Notes: generated from the sequence alone by a model not told the origin. A stretch of 64,000 nucleotides of DNA from Octopus vulgaris (GCA_951406725.2 OX597820.1:7192001-7256000); one strand, 5' to 3'. Numbered from the stretch's first letter, positions 27,346 to 44,971 are shown. Numbers and translations: made by a program.

Positions 27346-28829
27346 CTGTAAAAGATAACAGTCAGGAACACATACATGCAGTTGCTTACACCATCTAAAT
27401 ACTCACACACACACACATACACACGCACACGTAAACCTTCTCAGATGTTCTGGCTCGGATTTATAGACACACACAAACAAACCGGGTCACACTAATCTAT
27501 ATATAAGCTAATACACACATACACACACATTCACACACACATATATAAGTCCATCCACACACACACAAACACACACGTAACAAATTGTAATCGCTTAAGA
27601 ACATATTTTTATATAGTGTTTTTTTTTCTTGCTCCAGTTTCCAGTTTCTATTCATTCTTGTTACTCTTTTTTAAGTTGTTGCATTTGGCGGCCATTCTTG
27701 TGGTTTATTTTCTCTCATTTTTTGTAGCAAATGTTGTCGTTGTAGTTGTTACTATACATATATTGTTGCTGTTGTTGTTGCTGCTGTTGTTGTTCTCAGA
27801 ACTATGTACCGTACTATCTTATAAAATAACTCATTCGTATCACTAACTTTCTATGACATATCTTAAAAATATTCAACGGTTATTATTATTATTATATTAT
27901 TATTTATTATTAATATCATTATTATTATTATTTATTATTAATATCATTATTTTTATTATTTATTATTAATATCATTATTTTTATTATTTATTATTAATAT
28001 CATTTTTATTATTATTATTATTCATTATTATTATTATTATTATTCATTATTATTATCATTATTATTAATATCATTATTAATATTATTATTATTTATTATT
28101 ATTATTATTAATATCATTATTATTATTGTTATTGTTATTATTATTATTATTATTATATTGTAAATATTTTTATTATTATTATTATTATTTAAAATTCATA
28201 TACGTGTGTATATATGTATATATACATATATACATATATATACACATTTGTGAGTCCGAGTGTGTGTGTGTGTGTGTGTGTGTATACGCAAATAGTTGCT
28301 TTCGCTCAGTTCGAGCAATCACTTCCAATACATCACTGGCCTGCATGAACTACCACCAACACCACCGTCATAAAGTCATTAAGTCCATCACTACCACCAT
28401 CACTACCACCATCACACGCACCACCATTATTACCCTTACATACCATATCGCGACCACTACCACCACCGCTAACATCGTCTCCAACTACACCGCGAGCAGT
28501 AAAAATTCCGCCACCATTATCCTCTCTACATCTGTTTCCATAATGCACAACATCCTACCCTCACCACTACGGTAAATAGTATATTCAACATAATCCCAAC
28601 TACTACCGCCACTCTCATTACTACCACTCCCACATCTCCCAATAATGACACGACTGCAACCTGTGTCACCCTCCCCACCACCATCTCCTTCACAACTACC
28701 ACCGCAGTTCTACAATTTGTGGCAGTGCTACTGTAAGACAAATATTCTACACCACCAGTTCAATCATTTTGACCAGGTGACTGCCAAAATACAACAGCAA
28801 CAAACAGGTTTACAGGCGTATATACATAC

Positions 28830-29150
28830 ATGATGGCCGTCCACTCGTGACCGAGGAATACAATTACTGACCTTCAGGAACATTGTGCGCTCTAGGACTA
28901 ACTTATATTTTGCATTTGCGGCTCCGTTGGTGGCTAATGAGCCCTGCTCTTGACAAGAACACACGACTGCAAACATAGCAAACCAAGCTTTCGAGCAACA
29001 CGCAGAATACTTGCTCTCTCAAAGGTGTCCACTCCCTCCTTAATCTGCTTCCTCCATCTGTGGCGATAACAGGCATTGCTCTCTTAGTCAGTCTCCTTCA
29101 CGTTACAGGCTTCTAATGAGGACTTGAAACAGTCTGCTACGGTCTCGTTC
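28830..29150 (-). mobile_element. RTE (BovB-like) LINE 3' end, decayed
   Basis: Minus strand reads DCFKSSLEACNV...RHRWRKQIKEGVDTFE, followed by a zinc-finger remnant. Confidence 0.7.
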
Positions 29151-29199
29151 TATTAACAAGTTAGCTATATAGCATACATACATAATACATACATATATA

Positions 29200-29490
29200 A
29201 TATCATGGCTCGGCTTCGCGAACGAAGATCATGATGGCTGTCTACGTCGCGTGCATGCACGCTCATGACTAACAACTCCGATTTGGGAAAGGCAGGTCCG
29301 TGAGCAGTGTCCACAGACGAAGGTAACATCCGGTGTGGTGTCAGAGACTGCTCACACCTTCCTACTGCATCTCTTGTCTTTAAGCGCGTCTTTTCTTTGT
29401 TCTTCAAACTTGTTGACTGCGTTGAAGATCGTGTGGCGCCAGACATCACGGTCAGCAGCCAGGTCTGACCAGCATTGGTGGTTAATAGCA
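29200..29490 (-). mobile_element. RTE (BovB-like) LINE 3' end
   Basis: Minus strand reads LAADRDVWRHTIFNAVNKFEE...FVCGHCSRTCLSQIGVVSHERAC. Confidence 0.82.
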
Positions 29491-29562
29491 TGTCATATTA
29501 ACATATATAATATATACATGCATAATACATACATACATACACACGCACACACACATATGTAT

Positions 29563-29760
29563 AGTGAGAATTTACAAAAAAAATGCAAAAGACGAAACGG
29601 GATGTGTAAACAACAAACAGATGTATTAGCTTAACGCTCGGGAAGTGAGAAAGTCTATTAGGTTTCGAGCTTACGCTCTTCGACAGAAAGGAACACAAGG
29701 AAATAAGCAGGGAGAGAAAATAGAAAAGGTTTAGTGGCTAGCGATCTATCATGGCGAAAC
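29563..29760 (-). mobile_element. Penelope-like terminal repeat fragment, family P1 (copy 2)
   Basis: Homologous to 10567-10770 and 48200-48385. Confidence 0.65.
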
Positions 29761-30387
29761 ATAAATACGTACACACATACGTAATACATACATAATACAT
29801 GCATACATACATAATATATACATACATGATACATACATACACACACATATATACTCACATACATTCATACATATCTGGAGTACCTCATATCCTAAGTATG
29901 TACCAACACTATTGTCCTGGGGCTAAACAACAACACGTAAATACTTTTATATTCTTTTAGGCTGCTAAATTAAATCCATGGATCCACTATTTTAGAAAAT
30001 GTTACAAAGCAATACCAACATCTTTAAATAAACAAGGAATAGATTCTTAACTTTCGTGCCACAAGCTGCATTACAGAGTTTCTTCTCTTCGATGATTATC
30101 GATTCTTCAAATTTACCGAGCTATGGTGTCTGTAGTGAAGAAATGTGTTTAGAAGCAATGAATCTTATGATCGTTATTTTACGGAAAATCTGAGAGAAGG
30201 AACGTCGGAAAGAGTAGAAAGATGGTCATCGTGTGTTGCAATGTTAGAGTACAAGCTTCATATGAAGTCCTTACTTCTTTGTGGAAGTAGATTTACCCTG
30301 AAAGGTAGAGGCATGGGAAGACGGTTAAAAGTTCGATATCTAGTATCGTGATTCTCTATTCGATTTCATTGCATAACGCCGTGAGCC

Positions 30388-30476
30388 GTAGGCGCAGTCT
30401 GGCTAAATCGGTAAGACGTTCGCTTCACAGCCAGCAAGTCTTGGGCTCGCCACCTCCGCTTGGCACGTTGGGCAAC
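30388..30476 (+). mobile_element. Decayed head of SINE family B
   Basis: ggcgcagtctggctaaatcggtaagacgttcgcttc...ggcacgttgggcaa. Confidence 0.55.
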
Positions 30477-30587
30477 GACTATTAGATAGCTATTCATAAT
30501 AACTATTCGGACATTTTCACTGATCTATATTTCAGTTAAACAAAAATGGGACTTGTTGCGTCCCTGTGTGTGTGATACGCACATATA

Positions 30588-30594
<7 letters not shown>

Positions 30595-30646
<52 letters not shown>

Positions 30647-30806
30647 AGATAAATGGATGGATAGATAGACAGATAGATAGACAGATAGACAGATAGACAG
30701 ATAGATCGACAGATAGATAGACAGACAGATAGGGATATAGATAGACAGACAGATAGCGATATAGATAGACAGACAGACAGATAGAGATATAGATAGACAG
30801 ACAGAC

Positions 30807-30837
<31 letters not shown>

Positions 30838-30838
30838 C

Positions 30839-30875
<37 letters not shown>
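30595..30875. repeat. (TG)n and (GATA/GACA)n microsatellite
   Basis: Directly visible. Confidence 0.95.
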
Positions 30876-31494
30876 TGAAATACCAACTTTATTTTGGTTC
30901 GTACTCAGTTCACATCTATGAACAACAGTTGGTGAAGTGCCTTGGCTATATTCGTGTACTTTTTTGGTCTTAGGATTAGCCTTATGTTTTTAAACCTCCT
31001 AAGCTATTATCCGCAACAGAATCCTGAATGTATTGCATGTTGTATTACTTTTTAAATATAGCTGTTATTTCTCAATGATACACAGAAAACATTGCTTCAT
31101 CTCCTTGCCTTGCCCCTTGCCACATCCCCTTGTCCGTTCCTCGCGTATACAATTAACAAACAATGTAGATGTAAATAGTATTTTTTCATGTTTAATTAAC
31201 CATGTCTCTATAGTTCAACGGCGGCTGACGATGTGACTAGTAAATAGACCAAATATTTGAAGACTGTTCAGATCACCTGTTGAATCGCTGTGCATTCTCA
31301 GCTGCTATTATCTCGTTTACAACAACTAAAATACTAAAATGTCTGGCATCATGTGCGTCGTCATTCTCAGACAAATTCACATACAATCTCATATACACAT
31401 ATATATGTGAATATGCGCATACGCACACAACATGAACATATATGATAGATCGTATATATATATTTTTCCCTGTTTTTCACCTATATATATATAT

Positions 31495-31829
31495 ATCATC
31501 ATTTTTCGACCGTGGTGGTGACAATGGAATTTACTATGTTACACCAGACTTCACGGTCCATCATAGCACTTACGAAGGTCCTGTTGCTGGATGCCTGTAT
31601 CCCTGGAGATTACATCAGCGTAGGAGAGTGTGCGCCCTCTGGTATCGCGAGCAGATGGCTTCCAGAGGAGAAGAGTAGAAATTACTTTGTTTTCAGCCCT
31701 ACGACAATGTCCAGCAAACTGGACTCTTCTACCTTTCACAAGAGATGTTACAGGTGGTAAATTCCCATATATTTGTACTTTGGTTGGATGACGCTTCCAC
31801 GAGAGATTTTGAGCTCTGATGTATGTAAC
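31495..31829 (-). mobile_element. RTE-group LINE 3' end (second copy of the 19751-20071 family)
   Basis: RAQNLSWKRHPTKVQIYGNLPPVTSLVKGRRVQFAGHCRRAE. Confidence 0.88.
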
Positions 31830-31924
<95 letters not shown>

Positions 31925-31959
31925 GCGGGGAGGATTGTACACTTATAGAGAGCAAGTAG

Positions 31960-32170
31960 GATGCGAATAATGTGGTGGACAAATTGCGCTGAATATTTAG
32001 TTACGTCTGCTTATGGCCGAAGTTCAAATCGCGATGAAGTCGGTTTTACACTTCACTTTTTGTAGACTCTTTGACTCGATGCAGCAGTCAAGTACTGATG
32101 TCAACTTAATCGATTGGCACCGCCCCGAAAATTTTTGGTACTGTGCCGATGTTAGAAATCAATATTATGA
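31960..32170 (+). mobile_element. Decayed SINE family A
   Basis: gaagttcaaatcgcgatgaagtcggttttacacttcac...aagtactg. Confidence 0.5.
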
Positions 32171-33333
32171 TTATTAATTTTTTAATTACCGTGTAGAATG
32201 GTATGTTGGGTATAGATAATGACGCGGTGAAGAAGTGTTATTGAGTTCTGTTTCCCTCAGAGGAATTTGAGGTATTTAAACAATTAAATACATGTAAATT
32301 AATTTGCTGGTAGGCAGAAAAATTCATTAATATATAAATGTGTGCCTTATAAGCACTACAACGTAATCATATATGTACGTATGTGTTAGAGATAGGATGA
32401 GGGAGGGAGACTGAGAGAGAGAGAGGGAAACTGAGAGAGAGAGAGAGAGTGAAATAAGGTGAGAAGTAGGTAAGGTGAATGGAGGAGAGAGTTAGAGGCT
32501 TCTGGTGTTATGCATAGTAATGTTGTCACATGTCTCTGTAGGAGGATGTCAATGTGACCGCCTCTAGGGGTGGATAGGAATACACATACAGACATATACA
32601 GATGTGTGTGTGTGTGTGTGTGTTTTATACATAGTCACATATATCGTATGTACTTATATAAACACCATTTATAGATGGAGACCCATTCACCCGATCTACG
32701 TTTACAGAAATATCTTGCCACGGGTGGCAGAGTTTAGGGTAGCGAAATGATGTCAGAAATGCATTGTCTTCAGGTGTTTAATTAGATATAATCGAAGACC
32801 AAATTCTGCGGCAGTAATACATACACACACGGTGGTATATATATAAGTAGTGGAAATATGTACCCATATGGATGTAAAGGAGCGCGTTATAATCTTAAAG
32901 TGTGTGGGTATGAGAGAGTTAAATAGACTAAACCATCATCAGAAGCAATCTAGGTTTAACAGAAATATATTGTCATAAGTGGTGATAGCAATAAAGTGTC
33001 TGACACCGATCATGCAAATATATACCCGTTCTGTACTGGGGTAGGCGACCTTCAATTTTGCTGTGCCCCACAATATTACAATGTTGATATGTAACTGTAG
33101 TTCTACCCCATCAGACATTCGGTGTACGGGTGGGAATCAATTATTTCGATTGAAACCGGAATCCATCTGTAATTGTTTTTATTCATTTCAGAAGCATAAA
33201 ACTTAAAGTTGGCTCCACTGGGATTCGACCACTGCACCAAGGGTTTCCTTACAAAATCCCAAGTCATTTTGTTCATCATTTTACAGATTTGACATCTACC
33301 GCCATTCTCACCTTCTTCCTTATCATTCTGCAC

Positions 33334-33334
<1 letters not shown>

Positions 33335-33399
<65 letters not shown>

Positions 33400-33407
33400 T
33401 TAATAAA

Positions 33408-33465
<58 letters not shown>

Positions 33466-33482
33466 TTAATAATAATAATAAT

Positions 33483-33518
<36 letters not shown>
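33335..33518. repeat. (TAA)n tract on the 5' flank of the Dong-like insertion
   Basis: Directly visible. Confidence 0.97.
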
Positions 33519-33519
<1 letters not shown>

Positions 33520-35682
33520 TTGCAAAAGCTGAACAAGCACCTGGACGAAAACAAACTGTTCCCAAAAGAGCAGAAAGGATGCCGCAAGGGCTCATATGGC
33601 TGTAAAGATCAACTAATGATTAAGAAAGCCGTAACTGAAGACAGCTACAGAAAGAAGAAAGGCCTCAGTATGGCCTGGATCGACTGCAGAAAGGCGTTTG
33701 ATAGCATCCCCCACACATGGATCCTCGAAACACTAGCCATTAACAAAGTAGCACCAACAATCATAAAATTCATAGAGCACTCTATGAATAAATGGCAAAC
33801 AGTCCTACACCTCCAAACAAAAGAGGGACTCATGAAAACCAAAGACATCCCCATTAGAAGAGGAATATTCCAGGGAGACACGCTCTCTCCACTCCTTTTC
33901 TCCTTGGCACTGTAACCTCTATCTGATATGCTAAATAGAACTGGATGCGGATATAAATGTTACGGCAAAACGATCAGCCACCTTTTATATATGGATGACC
34001 TAAAACTATACGCTGCAAATGACAAACAGCTGGAAACACTATTAAAGACAGTTCATGGATTTACCAAAGAAATAGATATGAAATTTGGATTAGAAAAATG
34101 CGCCAAAGTAACCATGAAAAGAGGAAAACTAGTTAAGAGTAACAACATCACACTAGATAAAACCAATGAAATAAAAGAATTAGACCAAAGCCAAACTTAC
34201 AAATACTTAGGAATCCATGAACTAGATAAGACACAACACACACAAATGAAAGAGAAAATAAAAAAAGAATATTATAGACGAGTTAGATCAATACTAAAAA
34301 CAGAGCTCAATGCTAAAAACAAGATAATAGGTATCAACACTTTAGCTGTCCCAGTTATAAGTTACAGCTACAATATCCTTAACTGGACACAAAATGAACT
34401 GTCCAAAATAGATAGGAAAACAAGAAAAATACTGACAGGATCTAGGATGCATCACCCAAAATCTGACATAGAAAGACTATATATACAACGTATAGAAGGT
34501 GGTAGAGGCCTTATACAGCTGGAAAACTACTATAAAATAACCACCATAGGACTGCAAAAATACCTACTTCAGAAGGAAGGAAAACTGATCCAGATAGCAG
34601 CAAAACACGAGTAAAACAAAAAACTGTTCTCAGTATTTAAGGAAGCTGACAAATACAAACAAGAAATGATACCACCTAATAAACACGAAGAAGAAGAAGA
34701 AGATGATGAAGAAACAACAAAAGCTATAAAACAAATGAAATCCAAACTAAAAATAGAACAGCAACGAACCATGATAAAACGATGGCAAGAAAAGCCCCTT
34801 CATGGTAAATACTAGACTAAGCTAAACGCAAAAGAAATAGACAAAGAAAAATCCCAGCAATGGTTGAGAAGCTCAGGACTCAAAGCAGAAACAGAGGGAT
34901 TTTTAATTGCAGCACAAGACCAAAGCCTACCCACCAGAAATTACCAAAAACATGTAATGAAAAGAAATATTACAAGTAACTGCAGAATATGTGGAGATGG
35001 ACAAGAAACAATAAATCATATTATCTCTAGCTGCCCAGTCCTGGCTAAGAAGGAATATATTCACAGACATGACAGAGTTGGAACCTACATACATTGGAAG
35101 CTATGCCAACATTATGGAATAACAACAGAAAAAAGATGGTATAGGCACACACCAGAAAAGGTCACAGAAAACGAGAAAGCAACCATACTCTGGGATATGC
35201 CGATACACACAGATAGAGAAATTAAGGCCAACAGACCAGATATAGTTGTCAGAGATCATGAAGAAAAAAATGCTTTCTAATTGATGTATCAATACCGGCA
35301 GATGACAACGTGTCTCTAAAAGAAATGGAGAAACTCTCAAAATACAAAGACCTGGAAATAGAGGTAACTAGAATGTGGAACCTGAAAACAGAAACAATTC
35401 CTATCATAGTAGGTGCATTAGGCATGATAAAAAAATATTCAGACAAATACATAACAAAAACACCAGGACTTACAAACACATATAACATACAGAAAATTGC
35501 ACTACTAGGCACTGCACACATCCTACGCAGAACACTTTCCATACAATAACCATCAGAGCATCACAACAAATCACAGCACATACCCAAGGCACACAGAGCT
35601 GCGCTCGGTAGTGAAGTGAAAGCACGCTATAAAAATAAAACTACTGAATAATAATAATAATAATAACAACAACAATAATAAT
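33519..35682 (+). mobile_element. Young 5'-truncated R4/Dong-clade non-LTR retrotransposon (RT, CCHC knuckle, restriction-like endonuclease)
   Basis: EQKGC, WIDCRKAFDSIPH, RRGIFQGDTLSPLLF, HLLYMDDLKL, YKYLG, GGRGL, CRICG..ETINHIISSC, RHD, RPDIV..IDVSIP..EKLSKY and LGTAHILRRTL*. Stops at 33913, 34612 and 34813, a frameshift near 35265, then a 3' UTR and (TAA)n tail. Confidence 0.95.
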
Positions 35683-35729
35683 AGTGCAAAAAATCATGTT
35701 AACTGGAACGAGTCATGTACTGAGATCAC

Positions 35730-36065
35730 TTTGACTCCAGCATTCAACAGGTACTTTGCTTATCGACCCCAGAATGATGAAAGGCAAAGTCGACCTCGAC
35801 GAATTTGAACTCAGAATGTAAAGACAGGCGAAACACCTATTTCTTTACTACCCACAAGGGGCTAATCACAGAGAGGACAAACATGGACAGACATAGGCAT
35901 TAAGTCGATTATATCGAACCCAGTGAGTAACTGGTACTTATTTAATCGACCCCGAAAGGATGAAAGCAAAGGCGACCTCGGCGGAATTTGAACTCAGAAC
36001 AAAGCGGCAGACGAAATACTGCTAAGCATTTTTACCTCGGCGTGCTAACGATTCTGCAAGCTCAC
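35730..36065 (-). mobile_element. Dimeric SINE family A
   Basis: Two tandem gatgaaaggcaaagtcgacctc blocks; the junction matches the dimer at 47470-47870. Confidence 0.88.
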
Positions 36066-37492
36066 GTGTTCTTATGACCAAGTTTCAGCAATAGCAACAT
36101 TATGAGGATACTGTGTGTGTGCGTGTATGAGAGAGGAAAACAAGGATAGAAAGAAAAATGAAAGAAAGTAAAACTAAAGAAAGGAAAGAATGAGTGAGTG
36201 AGTGAGTGAGTGATAGAGAAGGATGTGTTATATAGTTTATTATAATGTAGTGAAGTATAAAGTAGTGAAGTGTAGCGTAGTGGAAGTATTATTATTAGAA
36301 GAGTCGGCTAATGTAAGAAACACATTAACTAAGTCAGTTGTGAAAATGTTAATTCATTTTCAATGAAGCAACAGCGAAAGTAAAAGCGTTCGGCGTTTGT
36401 CAGTAAATAGCTGTCAGTGATAACAACGTGAAGCAACGATATTTGATTAAGGATTTCCAAGTAAAACACCTGAGTCAATAAGTCACATATTACTTCGTCT
36501 TGTTCACCTTGCAGCTGTTTCTCTTGTCAGAGAATTTTCTCATCTATCATTACAGTTATCTCTTCTTTAATGAACGCGAATAAACATCGCAGCTCGTAGA
36601 TGATGTTTGGCATCGTGTGTCGACTGTGTGACGCTACTGTCACGTTGCTAACACGTTGTCCTTGACACCCTATTGTTCGTGCCACGTTCTGCCACGTTGT
36701 TGTCACGTCAAATTGTCAAAAAAAAGTCACTGTCACGTAACTGTCAAATTACCGTCACCTTGACATTAAGATATTTTCCCGTCGATGTGAAGTTAATGTC
36801 ACTTTGATGTGGAGTCACCGTCACCGTTGCATTATGTTGCTGTTGCAGTGCATCAAATTGATGTCAAGTCGCAATCTTATTACCGTAACACAACAGAAAA
36901 TGGTGATATATGTAAGCAGAGAACACTTAGCTGTTAATAGTCTGAATAACAAAGATACGTTATCTATAGGATTCTACGAGCAATTCCATTTTCACCACCA
37001 ACCCCTCCCCAACTAATGTATATTCTTTGTATTTACTGATACAATACATTAGAGAATACAGACTTGTTGATATTTCGCTGAGATAAATCAAAACGTGTGA
37101 CGAGTTGTCTCCCGTACTTCTTGTATTCATCGACGGATATCTGTTCTCACCAAGTTTTTCCCCCCCCATTAAGTAATTATTGCTATTTAGATTCTATTTA
37201 ATGGGTTTTGCATACATGAAATATATAAACTTTAACCTAAATGACGTTTTTCCCCGCTTATGGCATCTCCATGGAATTTATTCCGCTATCATTTCTGTTT
37301 TCTAACAGAAATTAGTGCACAGTGGTTTACGTTTAGTTCGTGAATCGTTCATAACTTCTTTGACATATTCAGTAAAGACCATGTTCCGGTGTTGAGTAGA
37401 GGCGTCAACGGGTCTAGAATCATCTTCGGTATTTAATGAAATAATAAAAAATGTAATACCAAACATCAGTTGATATATATTTTATTTTGCAG

Positions 37493-37690
37493 AGGCGGCG
37501 AGCAGGCAGAATCGTTAGCACGCCGGGAAAAATTCTTAGCGGCATTTTGGCCATCTTTATGTGCTGAGTTCAAAGTCTACAAAAGTCGAATCTAGTTTTC
37601 ATTCTGTCGGAGCCAATAAAAGAAACACAAGTTAGAGGTAATCGACGTATATCTTGCCAAGTCTGGTACCAAAATTTGAAACCAATATAT
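37493..37690 (+). mobile_element. Decayed SINE family A
   Basis: aggcggcgagcaggcagaatcgttagcacgccggg...ctgagttcaaa. Confidence 0.78.
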
Positions 37691-38849
37691 GTCCTAATAA
37701 TACACCACATAATTATGTTCAGACACAGCACGCCTGCATTTAGATATCGTTAAATGTGTCCAGGGCTTTCAGGGCACACTTTAACTTCCACGGGTCAGTA
37801 TCCCAAAGCTTCTCCAAGAAAGGTTCTATCACCATTTCCCTTACATTAATAATATTCTGAAACCAGGTTATGTCTGAAATATGTTTTCTAATTGCATAAG
37901 ATGTAGAAACGGATACTTATATACACCCGAAAATAAATATATTTCTATAACCGATAAAATGTGTCTGTATAAGCAAAACAGGCTTTCTATATACAGTCCT
38001 CGAAATAAGACCAAACGCAACCACATACATACGAATGAAAAGAAAAACAAACAAGCCACACGGAAAATGGAAGTAAATACACACCATCTCCCTCAAAAAT
38101 ACATACATACGGACATACATGCATACATAAATGTGTATGCATGTATGCACATATATAGATACATACGTACATATATGCATGCATGCATGAATACATACAT
38201 ATATTCATATGTATATATTTATGAATGTATGCATTGATAGACGCAGTTGAAACAGGATGTCATACTAAACGTATATACACAGTTTTAAGGCCTGATGTTG
38301 CTTTTAACGTGTTAAAAACCCAACATAAGTCGGAGGCACGTGATCATCGAGCCAGATTTAACTCACAAGAATGACAGATATGCCTCTCCTCAGCTGGGGC
38401 TTCTCAGTGCAGACAACTATCACCATGCAAGTTAAATTTCATGCCTTAAGTAATTGAGTTATACATTCTGTGCTGCTTCGGGAGCTTTCGGTGTTGTAGG
38501 AAATGGCAGTGATTACAAATGAAAAAGCATTAAACTTAAATCCCAGCCTCAGTATTGAACGCACCAATTGCTCTTGTGAGTCTCGGCTGCTGTGATGTTA
38601 CCTGAGCTCCGATGGAAATACACTGTACTTTTTACACAAATTTATGAAGAGGTTTTATCTCAAACTGAAGCAAAAGCATCATACATAGCAATGGAATATA
38701 TGTATAAACATATATATATATACACACACACACACATACATACATACATACATACATACATACATACATACATACATACATACGTACGTACGTACGTATG
38801 GGTGCGTGCGTGCGTGTGTGTGCACGTATAGATATATACATATGTATAG

Positions 38850-38891
<42 letters not shown>

Positions 38892-39170
38892 TTACATATT
38901 TAAACATATGTATATAAATATATATCTATACATGTCAAGAATACATACGTATGCATATCCATCTCTCTCACTCTTTATAGGTAGATAGATAGATTAGAAA
39001 TTTAGATATATGAATACACAGACATGTTCTTACTGGAAAGATATCGGTGTAGAGAAGAAAAAAATTGGAATCTGCAAAAAATCCTGAAGACAGAACTTCA
39101 AAAAATAATGAGCTGGATATAATAAAGCAACCATGAGAACGGCAACAAAAAATGTATGCAGAAATAAATG

Positions 39171-39213
<43 letters not shown>

Positions 39214-39830
39214 GCAGGCAAAAGCATAGGTATCTGTATACATCTATTTCATCAAACACCAGACATTCCTAAAAGATGCATCTGTTCACAGCCGTAAACA
39301 AAGGAAGAAAGCCACGTACGTAGAACTAGACAAATATACATCTACATTTGCATTATAGATAATACCAAAGTGGATAGGAGTATAAACCATGCGAGCACAC
39401 ATGCACACCGAAACGCACATTCACACACATACTCATATATATATATATATATATCTATATATGTTGTTGTAAAAATAGGCTTTGATATGCACCCACGCAT
39501 CTCCCAAAAGGCGTGTATGTAAACCAGAATCACTGAAGAAACGAAGTCCAACTCAAAGACGCGTCTCAGAAACGTTATCTTGGAAGAATCTGAACAATCC
39601 GAATGTGATTGGCTTTTACAGAAGACAACAGCGACAGATGTAATATAGGATAGATATATAGACTAATGTAATAGACTTCGTAGATTGAATTATATAACAT
39701 ACAATGATTACATGCACACAGAGATGCGCGTGCGCAGGTATATTTATATTTATTTGTATTTGAATATACATGATTTCATGCACAAACACACACACACGTA
39801 TTTACATCGGCACATATTGATATCAACGTA

Positions 39831-42150
<2,320 letters not shown>

Positions 42151-42449
42151 ATACATATATTTGTATATATTCTCACACATGAGTATATTATCTAGCGAGA
42201 GCTTCTTATTCGACTATTCAGAACATGTTTTCCATTAATCTTTATATTTTAGTCCACCCACCCCGCTTCTTAGCCCTACCAGACAAACCATTTCCTGAGC
42301 AAAGAGATGTTGGTGGAGGGGGGGTAGCTAGGCGAGTCTATACATTTGTATAGGATTTTTCACAAACAAGTGTGAAAAAAAAATTTTATTTATTCTTTCT
42401 TACCAATACCCTACCCCCTCCTCCTTTTCTTCTTAGGCACATAAAGAAA

Positions 42450-43170
<721 letters not shown>

Positions 43171-44352
43171 TCTCATTGTTATTTTTATTATTTATGTCAC
43201 GGTGTCTCCAACAGTGTCCTGAGAGTTTGTATTGCACGGCTATGTGCATCTGCTGGTTCTAGCGATGTGTGCAGCATTGTCGTGCAGATGTCAAGAATTG
43301 CAGTTGTAGACTAAATGAGTTTCGCGTTGTTCTGAGATTTAGACTCTTCTATTTTTTGTTGTGGAGACATTTACAATATCTCTTGTATAATATCATTGTA
43401 TGAGGATTATTTTAGAGGATCGGCATTTTTTTTACTTTTCCTATATCACAGAAGATTGTGGTTTTGTAGACTACGTGTTGTATAGTTTTGTCTAAGGTTG
43501 TTAGGAGGTGCCTGTGTTTTGTATTTGTTACGCCATGTGTTTGAGCGTTGTCTGCTGATTAAGTAGAATATTTCCGTATTTGTGCTGTTAGAATCAGATG
43601 TTGTATTATTTGGCGGCAATTGCGAAAAATATGATTCATGTGAGGCTGTAAGTGGTGTATGGCGGACGTGTTAGGATATCGATTGATTTTATTCCGACGG
43701 ATGCGTTGCGTTGCTATTCTTATTTCATAGGGATTGTAATGGGTTTTGTGAGATGAGTGAGAAATGCCATTCATTTCACTGTTTTCGTGTAGGATTCGAC
43801 GAGTCTTTGTACAGTTATATATTAGCCAGTCTGCAGTTTTAATCTCAGGTACGGATTTTAGATTTATGAAAACAATCCTACATCTTTATCATATTCAGTC
43901 AACCCTGTTGAAATAAGTCACAGCTAACAATTCTATATAATGTATAATGAATTATGCCCCGTACAATATTTTCCAGTCCATCATGCACTAAGGGAAAATC
44001 TTGAACGACGGTGAAGATAATTTATATCCGAAGAGTGATGTAGTTCGCTCGAAGCATTGTATTACAGTAGTAGAAAAATAAATGAAATGAGAAATATGGA
44101 AAGCTTCAACAATGCTCACTTTTTCTAAAATACCTTCATATTTCAGGCTCAAAACACTATATTCAGAAGATACAAAGAAATGTTAGTTTACATACATCCT
44201 GCAACAAAACTACCATCTTTACTGTCCCAGTGCCACCGTTTCCAATGTCAGTTTTACGGCACCAACAACACAAGCATTTGGGGAGCTGCTGTTTCCAGCA
44301 CAAGCACCGGACTAAAATGGAGTCACTTCCCATCTGGCTATCCAAAATGGCA

Positions 44353-44405
<53 letters not shown>

Positions 44406-44464
44406 TGAGTGTATTTTTACCTTGTTAACAATTAACACGGAAAAATAAATAAATAGTTACCAGG

Positions 44465-44597
44465 GCATGTATCTATATATCTATGTATCTGTGTACTTTC
44501 TAAAGTACCAAGTTCAACACTGCTGCTACACACTCCAGTAACGAGGCCTGTTAGAATGGCTCCAAGAGCGACTCCGCCACAGACGTCATTACCTCAA
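44465..44597 (+). repeat. 133 bp direct repeat, copy 1 (copy 2 at 45492-45624)
   Basis: gcatgtatctatatatc...cgtcattacctcaa is identical in both copies by eye. Confidence 0.95.
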
Positions 44598-44920
44598 TAA
44601 TAATAATAATAATAATAATCATAGTAGTGATAAAATAATGATATCTGTTATTAGGCACAATGGTCCATGGCTTTGGGGACATTGCAAGAAAGATAAACCA
44701 AAACAAATGTATATACACATACAGACACACATTTTTTCTATCCTTCTGAAGGCCATTGTATCCGAAATATAAAGCACTTTTTTTAATGTTTTGCCTTGTT
44801 AGACGCTTTCTATATTTCATATTTCATTTACATCATTATCACGTATGCTTGCGAATCATTTTAATTTTCTCTCCTTATGAATGAGTGTACTGTAAACACG
44901 AGTGTTAAAAAACATTAAAG

Positions 44921-44971
<51 letters not shown>

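Noticed and set aside
39531-39580. CTGAAGA...GAAACGTT hammerhead-like motif
   Set aside because: Helices I and II are not convincingly formed, and such short words arise by chance in 64 kb.
43190-43810. Possible LINE fragment on the minus strand
   Set aside because: The resemblance to RT-adjacent sequence is vague, with no diagnostic motif.
44147-44360. Candidate host exon after tttcag
   Set aside because: No recognisable protein, and no consistent neighbouring exons.
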